A stretch of DNA of 36,105 nt from assembly GCF_004010195.1 (NCBI RefSeq), contig NW_025214630.1, positions 11,605 to 47,709 on the forward strand, given 5' to 3'. The notes beneath the pieces were generated by a model. That model made no database searches. It was not told the DNA's origin and was given only the letters and a program-made list of their open reading frames with translations. This stretch comes from Chiloscyllium plagiosum. Taxonomy: Eukaryota. A program made the translations under genes and the position numbers. Below, in pieces: positions 21,101 to 32,758 of the stretch (within the stretch, counting starts at the first letter, position 1; the number at the start of each line of letters is the position of its first letter).

Positions 21101-24100
21101 ACAGTGAGTCCTGGAGTAGTGCAGACATTGAGTCACGGAGCAGGATGGACAGTGAGATCCGGAGCAGTGTGGACAGTGAGTCCCGGAGCCGTGTGGACAG
21201 TGAGTCCCGGAGCCGTGTGGACAGTGAGTCCCGGAGCCGTGTGGACAGTGAGTCCCGGAGCCGTGTGGACAGTGAGTCCCGGAGCCTGGACAGTGAGTCC
21301 CAGAGCAGTGTGGGCAGTAAATCCCCGAGCAGTTTGGACAGTGAGTCCCGGAGCAGTTTGGACAGTGAGTCCCGGAGTCGTGAGGACAGTGGATCTCGGA
21401 GCTACGTGGACAGTGAGTCCCGGTGCAGTGTGGACAGTGAGTCCCTGAGCAGTGCGGACAGTGAGTCCCGGAACCACGTGGACAGTGAGTCTCGGAGCCG
21501 GATGGACAGTGAGTCCCGGAGCAATGTGGATAGTGAGTTCCCAAGCAGTTTTAGACAGTAAGTCCCGGAGCCACATGGACAGTGAGTCACCGAGCAGTGA
21601 GGACAGTGAGTCCCAGAGCCATGTGGACAGTGAGTCCCGGTGCAGTGTGGACTGTGAGTCACAGAGCAGTGCGGACAGTAAGTCCCGGTGCAGTGTGGAC
21701 AGAGAGTCCTGGTGCAGTGCGGACAGTAAGTCCCGGAGCAGTGAGTACAGTGAGTCTCGGAGCCATGTGGACAGTGGGTCCCAGAGCCATGTGGACAGTG
21801 AGTCCCGTAGCAGTGTGGACTGTGAGTCCCGGTGCAGTGCGGACAGTGAGTCCTGGAGCAGTGTGGGCAGTGAGTCCCGGTGCTGTGCGGACAGTGAGTC
21901 CCGGAGCAGTGTGGACAATGAGTCCCGGAACAATGCAGACAGTGAGTCCCGGAGCAGAGTGGACAGTGAGTCCTGGAGCAGAGTGGATACTGAGTCCCAG
22001 AGCAGTGTGGACAGTGAGTCCTGGAGCAATGTGGACGGTGAGCCCCGAAGCAGGATGGACATTTAGGTTTCGGAGCCATGTGGACAGTGAGTCCTGGAGC
22101 AGTGCAGACAGTGAGTCGTGGAGCAGTGTGGATACTGAGTCCCGGAGCAGTGTGGACAGTGAGTCCCGGAGGAATGCAGGCAGTGAGTCCCAGAACAGGG
22201 TGGACAGTGATTCCCGGAGCCATGTGGACAGTGAATCCCAGAGCAGTGTGGACAATGAGTCCCGGAACAATGCGGACAGTGAGTCCCGGTGCAGTGTGGA
22301 CAGTGAGTCACGGAGCAGTGTGGACAGAGAGTCCCAGAGCAGTGCGGACAGTGAGTCCTGGAGTAGTGCGGACAGTGAGTCACGGAGCAGGATGGACAGT
22401 GAGACCCGGAGCATTGCGGACAGTGAGTCCCGGAGTGGTGTGGGCAGTGAGTCTCGTAGCAGTGTAGACAAGAGTCACGGTGCAGTGTGGACAGTGAGTC
22501 CCGGAGCCGTGTGGACAGTGAGTCCCAGAGCAGTGAGGACAGTGAGTCCCGGAGCAATGCGGACGGTGAGCCCCGGAGCAGGGTGGACATTGAGGTCCGG
22601 AGCCGTGTGGACAGTGAGTCCTGGAGCAGTGCAAACAGTGAGTCGTGGAGCAGTGTGGATACTGAGTCCCGGAGCAGTGTGGACAGAGAGTCACGGAGCA
22701 GTGTGGACAGTGAGTCCTGGAGCAGTACGGAGAGTGAGTCCCAGAGCAGTGTGGACAGTGAGTCCTGGAGCAGTGTGGACAGTGAGTCCTGGAGTAGTGC
22801 AGATATTGAGTCACGGAGCAGGATGGACAGTGAGACCCGGAGCAGTGCGGACAGTGAGTCCCGGAGCGGTGTGGGCAGTGAGTCTCGTAGCAGTGTAGAN
22901 NNNNNNNNNNNNNNNNNNNNNNNNNNNNNNNNNNNNNNNNNNNNNNNNNNNNNNNNNNNNNNNNNNNNNNNNNNNNNNNNNNNNNNNNNNNNNNNNNNNN
23001 NNNNNNNNNNNNNNNNNNNNNNNNNNNNNNNNNNNNNNNNNNNNNNNNNNTGAGTCCCAGAGCAGTGTGGACAGTGAGTCCCGGAGCAATGTGGACAGTG
23101 AGCCCCGGAGCAGGGTGGACATTGAGGTCCGGAGCCGTGTGGACAGTGAGTCCTGGAGCAGTGCAGATAGTGAGTCCTGGAGCAGTGTGGATACTGAGTC
23201 CCGGAGCAGTGTGGACAGTATGTCCAGGAGCAGTGTGGACAGTGACTCCCAGCGCAGTGCAGCCAGTGACTCCTGGTGCAGTGCAGACAGTGAGTACTGG
23301 AGCAGTGCAGACAGTGAGTCCCGGAGAAGTGCGGACAGTGAGTCCTGGAGTAGTGTGGACAGTGAGTCCCAGAGCAGTGTGGACAGTATGTCCAGGAGCA
23401 GTGTGGACAGTGACTCCCAGTGCAGTGCAGCCAGTGATTCCTGGTGCAGTGCAGACAGTGAGTACTGGAGCATTGCAGACAATGAGTCCCGGTGCAGTGC
23501 GGACAGTGAGTCCTGGAGTAGTGTGGACAGTGAGTCCCGGTGCATTATTGACAGTGATTCCTGGAGCAGTGTGGATACTGAGTTCCAGAGCAGTGTGGAC
23601 AGTGAGCCCTGGAGCAGTGTGGACACTGAGTCCCGGTGTAGTGCAGACAGTGAGTCCTGGATCAGTGCGAACAGTGAGTCCCGGTGCAGTGCGGACAGTG
23701 AGACCTGGAGTAGTGTGGACAGTGAGTCCCGGAGCAGTGTGGACAGTGAATCCCGGAGCAATGCGGACAGTGAGTCCTGGAGCAGTGTAGACAGTGAGTA
23801 CCGGAGCAGAGTTGGCAGTGAGTCCCAGTGCAGTGTGGACAGTGAGTCCCGGAGCAGTGTGGACAGTGAGTCCTGGAGCAGTGTGGACAGTGAGTAGCGG
23901 AGCAGAGTTGGCAGTGAGTCCTGGTGCAGTGTGGATACTGAGTTCTGGAGCAGTGTGGACAGTGAGTCCCGGAGCAGTGCAGAGAGTGACTGCCGGTGCA
24001 GTGCAGACAGTGAGTCCCGGAGCAGTGTGGACAGTGAGTCCTGGAGCAATGCGGACAGGGAGTCCCGGAGCAGGGTGGATAGAGAGTCCAGGAGCAGTGT

Positions 24101-27100
24101 GGACAGTGAGTACCGGAGCCGTGTGCACCGTGAGTCCCGGAGCCATGTGGACAGTGAGTCCCGGAGCAGTGTGGACAGTGCGTCCTGGAGCAGTGTGGAC
24201 AGTGGGTCCCAGAGCAGTGTGGACAGTGGGTCCCAGAGCAGTGTGCACAGTGAGTCCTGGAGCAGTGTGGACAGTGAGTCCCAGAGCAATGCAGACAGAG
24301 AGTCCGTGTGCAGGGTGGACAGTGAGTCCCAGAGCAGTGCGGGACAGTGAGTCCCGAGCCGTGCAGACAGTGAGTCACGGAGCAGTGTGTATACTGTGTC
24401 CTGGAGCAGTGTGGACAGTGAGTCCCAGAGCAGCGCAGACAGTGACTCCCGGTGCAGTGCAGACAGTGAGTCCCGGTGCAGAGGGGACAGTGAGTCACGG
24501 AGCAGTGTATACAGTGAGTCCCGGAGCAGTGTGGACAGTGTGTCCCGGTGCAGTGCCGACAGTGAGTCCCGGAGCAGTGCCGTCACTGAGTCCCGGAGCA
24601 CGGTGGACAGTGAGTCCCGGTGCAATGTGGGCAGTGGGTCCCGGAGCAGTGTGGACAGTCAGACCCGGTGCAGTGTGGACAGTGAGTCCCTGTGCAGTGT
24701 AGAGAGTGCGTCCCAGAGCAATGTGGACAGTGAGTCCCGGAGCAGTGTGGACAGTGAGTCACAGAACAGTGTGGACAGTGAGACCCGGAGCAGTGTGGAC
24801 AGTGAGTCCTGGAGTGGTGTGGACAGTGAATCCTGGAGCAGTGTGGACAGTGGGACCCTGAGTATTGTGGACAGTGAGACCTGGAGCAGTGTGGACAGTG
24901 AGCCCTGGAATAGTGTGGACAGTGAGACCTGGAACAGTGTGGACAGTGAGTCTCGGAATAGTGTGGACAGTGAGTCCCAGAGCAGTGTGGATACTGAGTC
25001 CCGGAGCAGTGCAGATACTGAGTCCCAGAGCAGTGTGGACAGTGAGTCCCGGAGCAGTGTGGACAGTGAGTCCCAGAGCAATGCAGACAGTGACTCCCAG
25101 TGCAGTGCAGTCAGTGAGTCCCGGAGCCGTGTAGACAGTGACTCCCAGTGCAGGGTGGACAGTGAGTCCCAGAGCAGTGCAGACAGTGAGTCCCGAGCAG
25201 TGCGGACAGTGAGTCCAGGAGCCATGTGGACAGTGACTCCCGGTGCAGTGTGGACTGTGAGTCACGGAGCAGTGCGGAGAGTGAGACCCAGAGCTGTGTG
25301 GACAGTGAGTCACAGAGCCGTGTAGACAGTGAGTCCCGGAGCAGTTTGGACAGTGAGTCTCGTAGCAATGCAGAGAGTGTGTCACGGAGCAGTATGGACA
25401 GTGAGTCCCAGAGCAGCGCAGACAGTGATGCCCGGTGCAGTGCAGACAGTGATGCCCGGTGCAGTGTATACAGTGATTACCGGAGCAGTGTGGACAGTGT
25501 GTCCCGGTGCAGTGCCGACAGTGAGTCCCGGAGCAGTGCCGTCACTGAGTCCCGGAGCAAGGTGGACAGTGAGTCCCGGTGCAATGTGGACAGTGTGTCC
25601 CGGAACAGTGTGGACAGTCAGTCCCGGTGCGGTGTGGACAATGAGTCCCGCTGCAGTGCAGAGAGTGAGTCTCAGAGCAATGTGGACAGTGAGTCCCGCA
25701 GCAGTGTGGACAGTGTGTCACAGAACAGTGTGGACAGTGAGTCACAGAACAGTGTGGACAGTGAGACCCGGAGCAGTGTGGACAGTGAATCCTGGAGCAG
25801 TGTGGACAGTGGGACCCTGAGTATTGTGGACAGAGAGACCCAGAGCAGTGTGGACAGTGAGCCTTGGAGTAGTGTGGACAGTGAGACCTGGAGCAGTGTG
25901 GACAGTGAGTCCCGGAATAGTGTGGACAGTGACTCCCAGAGCAATGTGGATACTGAGTCCCGGAGCAGTGTGGACAGTGAGTCCTGGAGCAGTGTGAACA
26001 GTGAGTCCCGGAGTAGTGTGGACAGTGAGTCCCAGAGCAGTGTGGATACTGAGTCCCGGAGCAGTGTGGATAATGAGTCCTGGAGCAGTGTGGACAGTGA
26101 CTCCCAGTGCAGTGCAGACAGTGACTCCTGGTGCAGTGCAGACAGTGAGTCCCGGAGCAGTGCGGACAGTGAGTCCCGGTGCATTATTGACAGTGATTCC
26201 TGGAGCAGTGTGGATACTGAGTTCCAGAGCAGTGTGGACACTGATTCCCGGTGTAGTGCAGACAGTGAGTCCTGGAGCAGTGCGAACAGTGAGTCCCGGT
26301 GCAGTGTGGACAGTGAGTCCTGGAGCAATGTGGGCAGTGAGTCCCGGAGCAGTGTGGACAGTGAGTCCCGGAACAATGCAGACAGTGAGTCCCAGAGCAG
26401 TTTGGACAGTAAGTGCTGGAGCAGTGTGGACAGTGAGTCCCGGAGCAATGCAGACAGTGAGTCCCGGAGCCGTGTGGATACTGAGTCCCGGAGCAGTGTG
26501 GACAGTGAGTCCCAGAACAGGGTGGACAGTGAGTCCCGGAGCAATGTGGACAGTGAGTCCCGGAACAATGCTGACAGTGAGTCCTGGAGCAGTGTGGACA
26601 GTGAGTCCTGGAGCAGTGTGGATACTGAGTCCCAGAGCAGTGTGGACAGTGAGTCCCGGAGCAATGTGGACAGTGAGCCCCGGAGCAGGGTGGACATTGA
26701 GGTCCAGAGCCGTGTGGACAGTGAGTCCTGGAGCAGCGAAAACAGTAAGTCCTGGAGCAGTGTGGATACTGAGTCCCGGAGCAGTGTGGACAGTATGTCC
26801 AGGAGCAGTGTGGACAGTGACTCCCAATGCAGTGCAGCCAGTGACTCCTGGTGCAGTGCAGACAGTGAGTACTGGAGCAGTGCAGACAGTGAATCCCGGA
26901 GAAGTGCGGACAGTGAGTCCTGGAGTAGTGTGGACAGTGAGTCCCGGAGCAGTGTGGACAGTGAGTCCCGGAGCAATGCGGACAGTGAGTCCTGGAGCAG
27001 TGTGGACAGTGAGTCCCGGTGCATTATTGACAGTGATTCCTGGAGCAGTGTGGATACTGAGCCCCGGAGTAGTGTGGATAGTGACACCTGGAGCAATGTG

Positions 27101-30100
27101 GACATTGAGTCCTGGCGCAGTGTGGATACTGAGTTCCGGAGCAGTGTGGACAGTGAGTACCGGAGCAGAGTTGGCAGTGAGTCCCGGTGCAGTGTGGATA
27201 CTGAGTTCTGGAGCAGTGTGGATACTGAGTTCCGGAGCAGTGTGGACAGTGAGTCCCGGAGCAGTGCAGAGAGTGAGTCCCAGTGCAGTGTGGACAGTGA
27301 GTCCCGGAGCAGTGTGGACAGTGAGTCCCAGAGCAGTGTGGATAGTGAGTCCTGGAGCAGTGTAGAGAGTGAGTACTGGAGGGGTGCGGACAGTGAGTCA
27401 CGGAGCAGGACGGTCAGTGAGACCCGGAGCAGTGTGGACAGTTAGTCCCGGAGCCAGATGAACAGTGAGTCCCGGAGCAATGTGGATAGTGAGTTCCCAA
27501 GCAGTTTTAGACAGTAAGTCCCGGAGCCACGTGGACAGTGAGTCACCGAGCAGTGAGGACAGTGAGTCCCAGAGCCATGTGGACAGTGAGTCCCGGTGCA
27601 GTGTGGACTGTGAGTCACAGAGCAGTGCGGACAGTAAGTCCCGGAGCAGTGTGGACAGAGAGTCCTGGTGCAGTGCGGACAGTAAGTCCCGGAGCAGTGA
27701 GGACAGTGAGTCTCGGAGCCATGTGGACAGTGGGTCCCAGAGCCATGTGGACAGTGAGTCCCGTAGCAGTGTGGACTGTGAGTCTCAGAGCAGCGCAGAC
27801 AGTGACTCCCGGTGCAGTGCAGACAGTGAGTCCTGGAGCAGTGTGGGCAGTGAGTCCCGGTGCTGTGCGGACAGTGAGTCCCGGAGCAGTGTGTGGACTG
27901 TGAGTCCCAGAGCAGCGCAGACAGTGACTCCCGGTGCAGTGCAGACAGTGAGTCCCGGAGCAGTGTGAACAGTGAGTCCCGGTGCAGTGCGGACAGTGAG
28001 TCCTGGAGCAGTGTGGGCAGTGAGTCCCGGTGCTGTGCGGACAGTGAGGCCCGGAGCAGTGTGGACAATGAGTCCCGGAACAATGCAGACAGTGAGTCCC
28101 GGAGCAGAGTGGACAGTGTGTCCTGGAGCAGTGTGGATACTGAGTCCCAGAGCAGTGTGGACAGTGAGTCCTGGAGCAATGTGGACGGTGAGCCCCGGAG
28201 CAGGATGGACATTTAGGTTTCGGAGCCATGTGGACAGTGAGTCCTGGAGCAGTGCAGACAGTGAGTCGTGGAGCAGTGTGGATACTGAGTCCCGGAGCAG
28301 TGTGGACAGTGAGTGCCGGAGCAATGCAGGTAGTGAGTCCCGGAACAGGGTGGACAGTGAGTCCCGGAGCAATGCAGGCAGTGAGTCCCGGAACAGGGTG
28401 GACAGTGAGTCCCGGAGCCATGTGGACAGTGAATCCCAGAGCAGAGTGGACAGTGAGTCCTGGAGCAGTGTGGACAGTGAGTCCCAGAGCAGTGTGGATA
28501 CTGAGTCCCAGAGCAGTGTGGACAGTATGTCCAGGAGCAGTGTGGACAGTGACTCCCGCTGCAATGCGGACAGTCAGTCCCGGAGCTGTGCGACCAGTGA
28601 GTCCAGGTGCAGTGTGGACAGTGAGTCCCGGAACAATGCAGACAGTGAGTCCCGGAGCAGAGTGGACAGTGAGTCCTGGAGCAGTGTGGACAGTGAGTCC
28701 CGGTGCAGTGCAGACAGTGAGTCCCGGAGCCGTTTGGACAGTGAGTTCCACAGCAGTGAGGATAGTTTGTCCCGGAGCCGTGAGGACAGTGAATCTCGGA
28801 GCTACGTGGACAGTGAGTCCCGGTGCAGTGTGGACAGTGAGTAACAGAGCCGCGTGGACAGTGAATCCCGGAGCAGTGTAGACAGTGAGTCCTGGAGCAG
28901 TGTGGACAGTGAGTCCCTGAGCAGTGCGTACAGTGAGTCCCGGAGCAGTGTGGACAGTGAGTCCCGGAGCAGTGTGGACAGTGAGTCCCGGAGCCGTGTG
29001 GACAGTGAGTCCCAGTGCAGTGTGGACAGTGTGTCCTGGTGCAGTTTGGACAGTGAGTCCCGGTCAGTGTGGACAGTGAGTCCTGGAGCAGTGTGGACAG
29101 TGAGTCCCGGTGCAGTGCAGACAGTGAGTCCTGGAGCAGTGTGGACAGTGAGTCCCGGTGCAGTGCAGACAATGAGTCCCGGTGCAGTGCAGACAGTGAG
29201 TCCCGGAGCAGGGTGGATAGTGAGTCCCAGAGCAGGGAGGACAGTGAGACCCGGAGACGTGTGGACAGTGAGTCCCGGAACAATGCGGACAGTGATCCCG
29301 GAGCAGGGTGGATAGTGAGTCCCGGAGCCGTGTGGATACTGAGCCCCGGAGCAGTGTGGACAGTGAGTCCCAGAGCAATGCGGACAGTGAGTCCCGGAGC
29401 AGGGTGGATAGTGAGTCCCGGAGCCGTGTGAACAGTGAGTCCCAGAGCAATGCGGACAGTGAGTCCCGGAGCAGGGTGGATAGTGAGTCCCGGAGCCGTG
29501 TGAACAGTGAGTCCCAGAGCAGTGTGGATAGTGAGTCCCAGAGCAAGGCGGACAGTGAGTCGAGGAGCAGTGTGGACAGTGAGTCCCGGTACAATGCAGA
29601 CAGTCAGTCCCGGAACAGTGAGGACAGTGAGTCACAGAGCCGTGTGGACAGTGAGTCACGGGGCAGTGTATACAGTGAGACCCCAAGCAGTGTGGACAGT
29701 GAGTCCCAGTGCAGTGTGGACAGTGTGTCCTGGTGCAGTTTGGACAGTGAGTCCCGGAGAAGTGTGGATTCAGAGTCCCGGAGCAGTGTGGACAGTGTGT
29801 CACGTACAGTGTGGACAGTGAGTCCTGGAGCAGTGTGGACAGTGAGTCCCAGAGCAGTGTGGATACTGAGTCCCAGAGCAGTGTGGACAGTATGTCCAGG
29901 AGCAGTGTGGACAGTGACTCCCAGTGCAGTGCTGACAGTGACTCCCGCTGCAATGCGGACAGTGAGTCCCGGAGCAGTGTAAATACTGAGTTCCAGAGCA
30001 GTGTGGACACTGAGTCCCGGTGTAGTGCAGACAGTGAGTCCCGGAGCAGTGCGACCAGTGAGTCCACGTGCAGTGTGGACAGTGAGTCCCAGAACAATGC

Positions 30101-30840
30101 AGACAGTGAGTCCCGGAGCAGAGTGGACAGTGAGTCCTGGAGCAGTGTGGACAGTGAGTCCAGGAGCAGTGTGGATACTGAGTCCCAGAGCAATGTGGAC
30201 AGTGAGCCCCAGAACAATGTGGACAGTGAGTCCCAGAGCCGTGTGGACAGTGAATCCCAGAGCAGTGTGGACAGTGAATCCCAGAGCAGTGTGGACAGTG
30301 AGTCCCGGAACAATGCAGACAGTGAGTCCCGGAGCAAAGTGGACAGTGAGTCCTGGAGCAGTGTGGATACTGTGCCCCAGAGCAGTGTGAACAGTGAGTC
30401 CCGGAGCAATGTGGACAGTGAGCCCCAGAGCAATGTGGACAGTGAGTCCCGGAGCAATGCGGACAGTGAGTCCCGGAGCAATGCGGACAGTGAGTCCTGG
30501 AGCAGGGTGGACAGTGAGTCCCGGAGCAGTGTGGACAGTGAGTCCTGGAGCAGTGTGGACAGTCAGTCCCAGAGCAGTGTGGACAGTCAGTCCCAGAGCA
30601 GTGAGGACAGTGAGTCCCGGAGCAGTGTGGACAGTGAGTCCCGGAGCACTGTGAACAGTGAGTCCCGGAGCACTGTGAACAGTGAGTCCCGGAGCACTGT
30701 GAACAGTGAGTCCCGGCGCAGTGCGGACAGTCAGTCCCGGTGCAAGGTGGACAGTGGATCCCAGAGCAGGGTGGACGGTGAGTCCCGGATAGTGTGGACA
30801 GTGGGTCCCGGAGCAGGGTGGACAGTGGGTCCCGGAGCAG
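18189..30840. repeat. ~12.6-kb tandem array (minisatellite/VNTR) of a 24-bp unit, consensus GGACAGTGAGTCCCGGAGCAGTGT, roughly 520 copies, with higher-order blocks
   Basis: Direct reading shows a 24-bp period, and the ORF track shows 8-aa periodicity (VDSESRSS, WTVSPGAV, HCSGTHCP, TLLRDSLS, TAPGLTVH). N-gaps at 18995-19030 and 22900-23050. Confidence 0.98.
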
Positions 30841-31243
30841 CGAGCAGGTATGCGGGAGACGGTCCTGGAAGTTACGTTTGAGCAGCTGAGTGCTGGTATA
30901 GAGAGGTCTGGGGCTTGGATTGCAGCAGGGATGGCAGTTGAACTGGGGTCTGGTACAGGCAATCAGATCACATGTGTAGGCCCTGCACTGAGCTGCTACA
31001 ACATAATGTCGATTTGAAATTTTTTTCCTAACTGTAATGTCAATCCTTTAACAGCATCTTATCTGTAACTTATACTTTAAACTCTGTAAAGTAATGCAAC
31101 TACTTTCTATTCCTCTTTTGTATACAGGATTTGAACCTTGGTACTCGTACCTAAGAAAGCGCCATAAGAGGCAGACATTTTAAAAGCTTTTCACTGTCAG
31201 TCTACAATGGTGTACACATGGCAAAAAGGATATTCTATTCTAT
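30841..31243 (+). mobile_element. 3' body and LINE-type tail of a non-autonomous retroposon contiguous with the VNTR
   Basis: A GC-rich linker, then a T-rich segment, then GTACCTAAGAAAGCGCC...AAAGCTTTTCACTGT...GTACACATGGCAAAAA and a (TATTC)n end. This resembles the fish/shark LINE tail (CTTTTCACTGT...GTACACGTGACAATAAA plus a 5-bp microsatellite) as I recall it. Confidence 0.6.
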
Positions 31244-32045
31244 ATCTTAGTCTTAACATATTTGAAATACAAGAATGTATTAAACTACTTCCAAGAAACA
31301 GACAATTGATGTTAGTTTATTCTATTCAAAGAGAAGTTAGTCAGCGTAGTGGTCCAGTAACAACTGATACTCTTTTACCCATAAAGGAGAAACCCATAGA
31401 AAATATCACTGGTCTTACTGCACTATTGATAGAAACCTACAAAACAAATCTCTTAAGTTTCACTATGTTGTTATAATTGTTTCATACTGTCAAGACGAAG
31501 GAAATTTGCAACGGAACAGAAATTAAGGAAGTGTTTTCCATTCCTATCAGCGCTAAAGAGCCTTCAACTGACAGAAAATGGCAAAGCCTATCAGCAGAAG
31601 CAAATATTGACAAGAAGAATGGGCAGTACAATCCACTTTAACTGAAATCATTCAGACAGCGAACAGTCAGCACAGCCATTGTTATTGTAGATTTGCATTT
31701 GGTAGGAGAAGATGGGATGGCGCAATTTCTAGAGGAAAATTTCAATTCTTAATTTTCCAAAGCAGAATTCTCAATAGCAGTGAGAGAATTTCCATGAAGT
31801 GAGCAGCAATCGTCCAGAACCATCATTGAGAATGGTAACGGAATCAGATAACCTCACTAGTACAACAACAAAGAGCAAATGAAGATGTTCAGCCTAATCA
31901 ACAAGCTTGAACAAGGGCATGCATACTTCACCATAGTTCTATCAGCAGATTGAGAAGAAAGACTTGCCTCAGAAAATAGCACTGAACTATATATGCATCC
32001 ATGTAGACAACACAGATTAGGCCACATCATGATATAAATGGGTAC

Positions 32046-32758
32046 TGTTTAGGTAGGCTCTCTGAGTTCAATTTATTTGGGTGTTTGCTAGGAGTGGTTT
32101 TTAATTGCAGTTTGGATCTCATGTTGATTGCAGCTTACTATACGAAATAAATTTACTGAATAAATGATAGACAAATCTGCATTTCAAGCAGAGTAAAATG
32201 CTAACTTTATCATTAATCACATGCAAAGTTGGTGAGGTTTAGCCTCAGTTCAAAGTTGGTGAGCGAACAGGAATTGGAAGATTGTTTAGCTCAAGGTGAG
32301 TGGGAGAATTTACAGTAGGCCTCACGGCATCTTATTCCAAAAGAAATTAACGGCAGATTAATTTAGAAGGATTAGAAAAGCAACTGGAATAAAGAACTGA
32401 GGCTTCCACAGTCAAAAGAAAGTAAATGAAACGTTTTCCTCTGACAATAGCTGCAGCTGGGAAGTTCTTCAGAAGATTGCAGCATACCTGTGGGTGGTCT
32501 CGACAGAAGTAAAGAATTTTAAGCTTCATGTACCTTATAACAGAATACTTGCGGGAAGTTAGAAGTAAACCTGAGTGCACAGTATAGAAAGTTATAGAGC
32601 AGACTGTTAAGTTAATACTGCTTGTTTTATTCAAGTCTTTTGTATATAATAAAATTTGTTTGGTTAAAAGAAGTAAATTCTTCTTGTGCAGTAATATTGG
32701 TTAAAATGAGGTGTTTGGATTTTTAAAAATATTAACAGTCCTGAACTGGATTTTAACA
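32046..32758 (+). mobile_element. Possible degenerate solo LTR
   Basis: ~700 bp starting TGTT and ending TAACA, with AATAAA ~110 bp before the end. No TSD or partner LTR seen. Confidence 0.25.

Noticed and set aside
18189..30840. CRISPR-like array (constant GGACAGTGAGTC plus variable part)
   Set aside because: The variable parts are point variants of one 24-bp unit rather than unique spacers. There are no cas genes and the context is vertebrate.
18189..30840. V(D)J RSS heptamer resemblance (GACAGTG/CACTGTC versus CACAGTG)
   Set aside because: There is no nonamer (ACAAAAACC) at 12- or 23-bp spacing, and no V, D or J segments.
18188..30962. Dozens of long ORFs (up to 820 aa) as real CDS (DSPP-, mucin-, keratin-associated- or metallothionein-like)
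   Set aside because: They overlap in five frames on both strands, switch peptide type at indels, and lack unique termini. The stop-free 24-bp unit explains them fully.
31560..31990. Possible Gypsy pol C-terminal remnant upstream of the putative LTR
   Set aside because: No integrase motif, open frame or polypurine tract could be identified.
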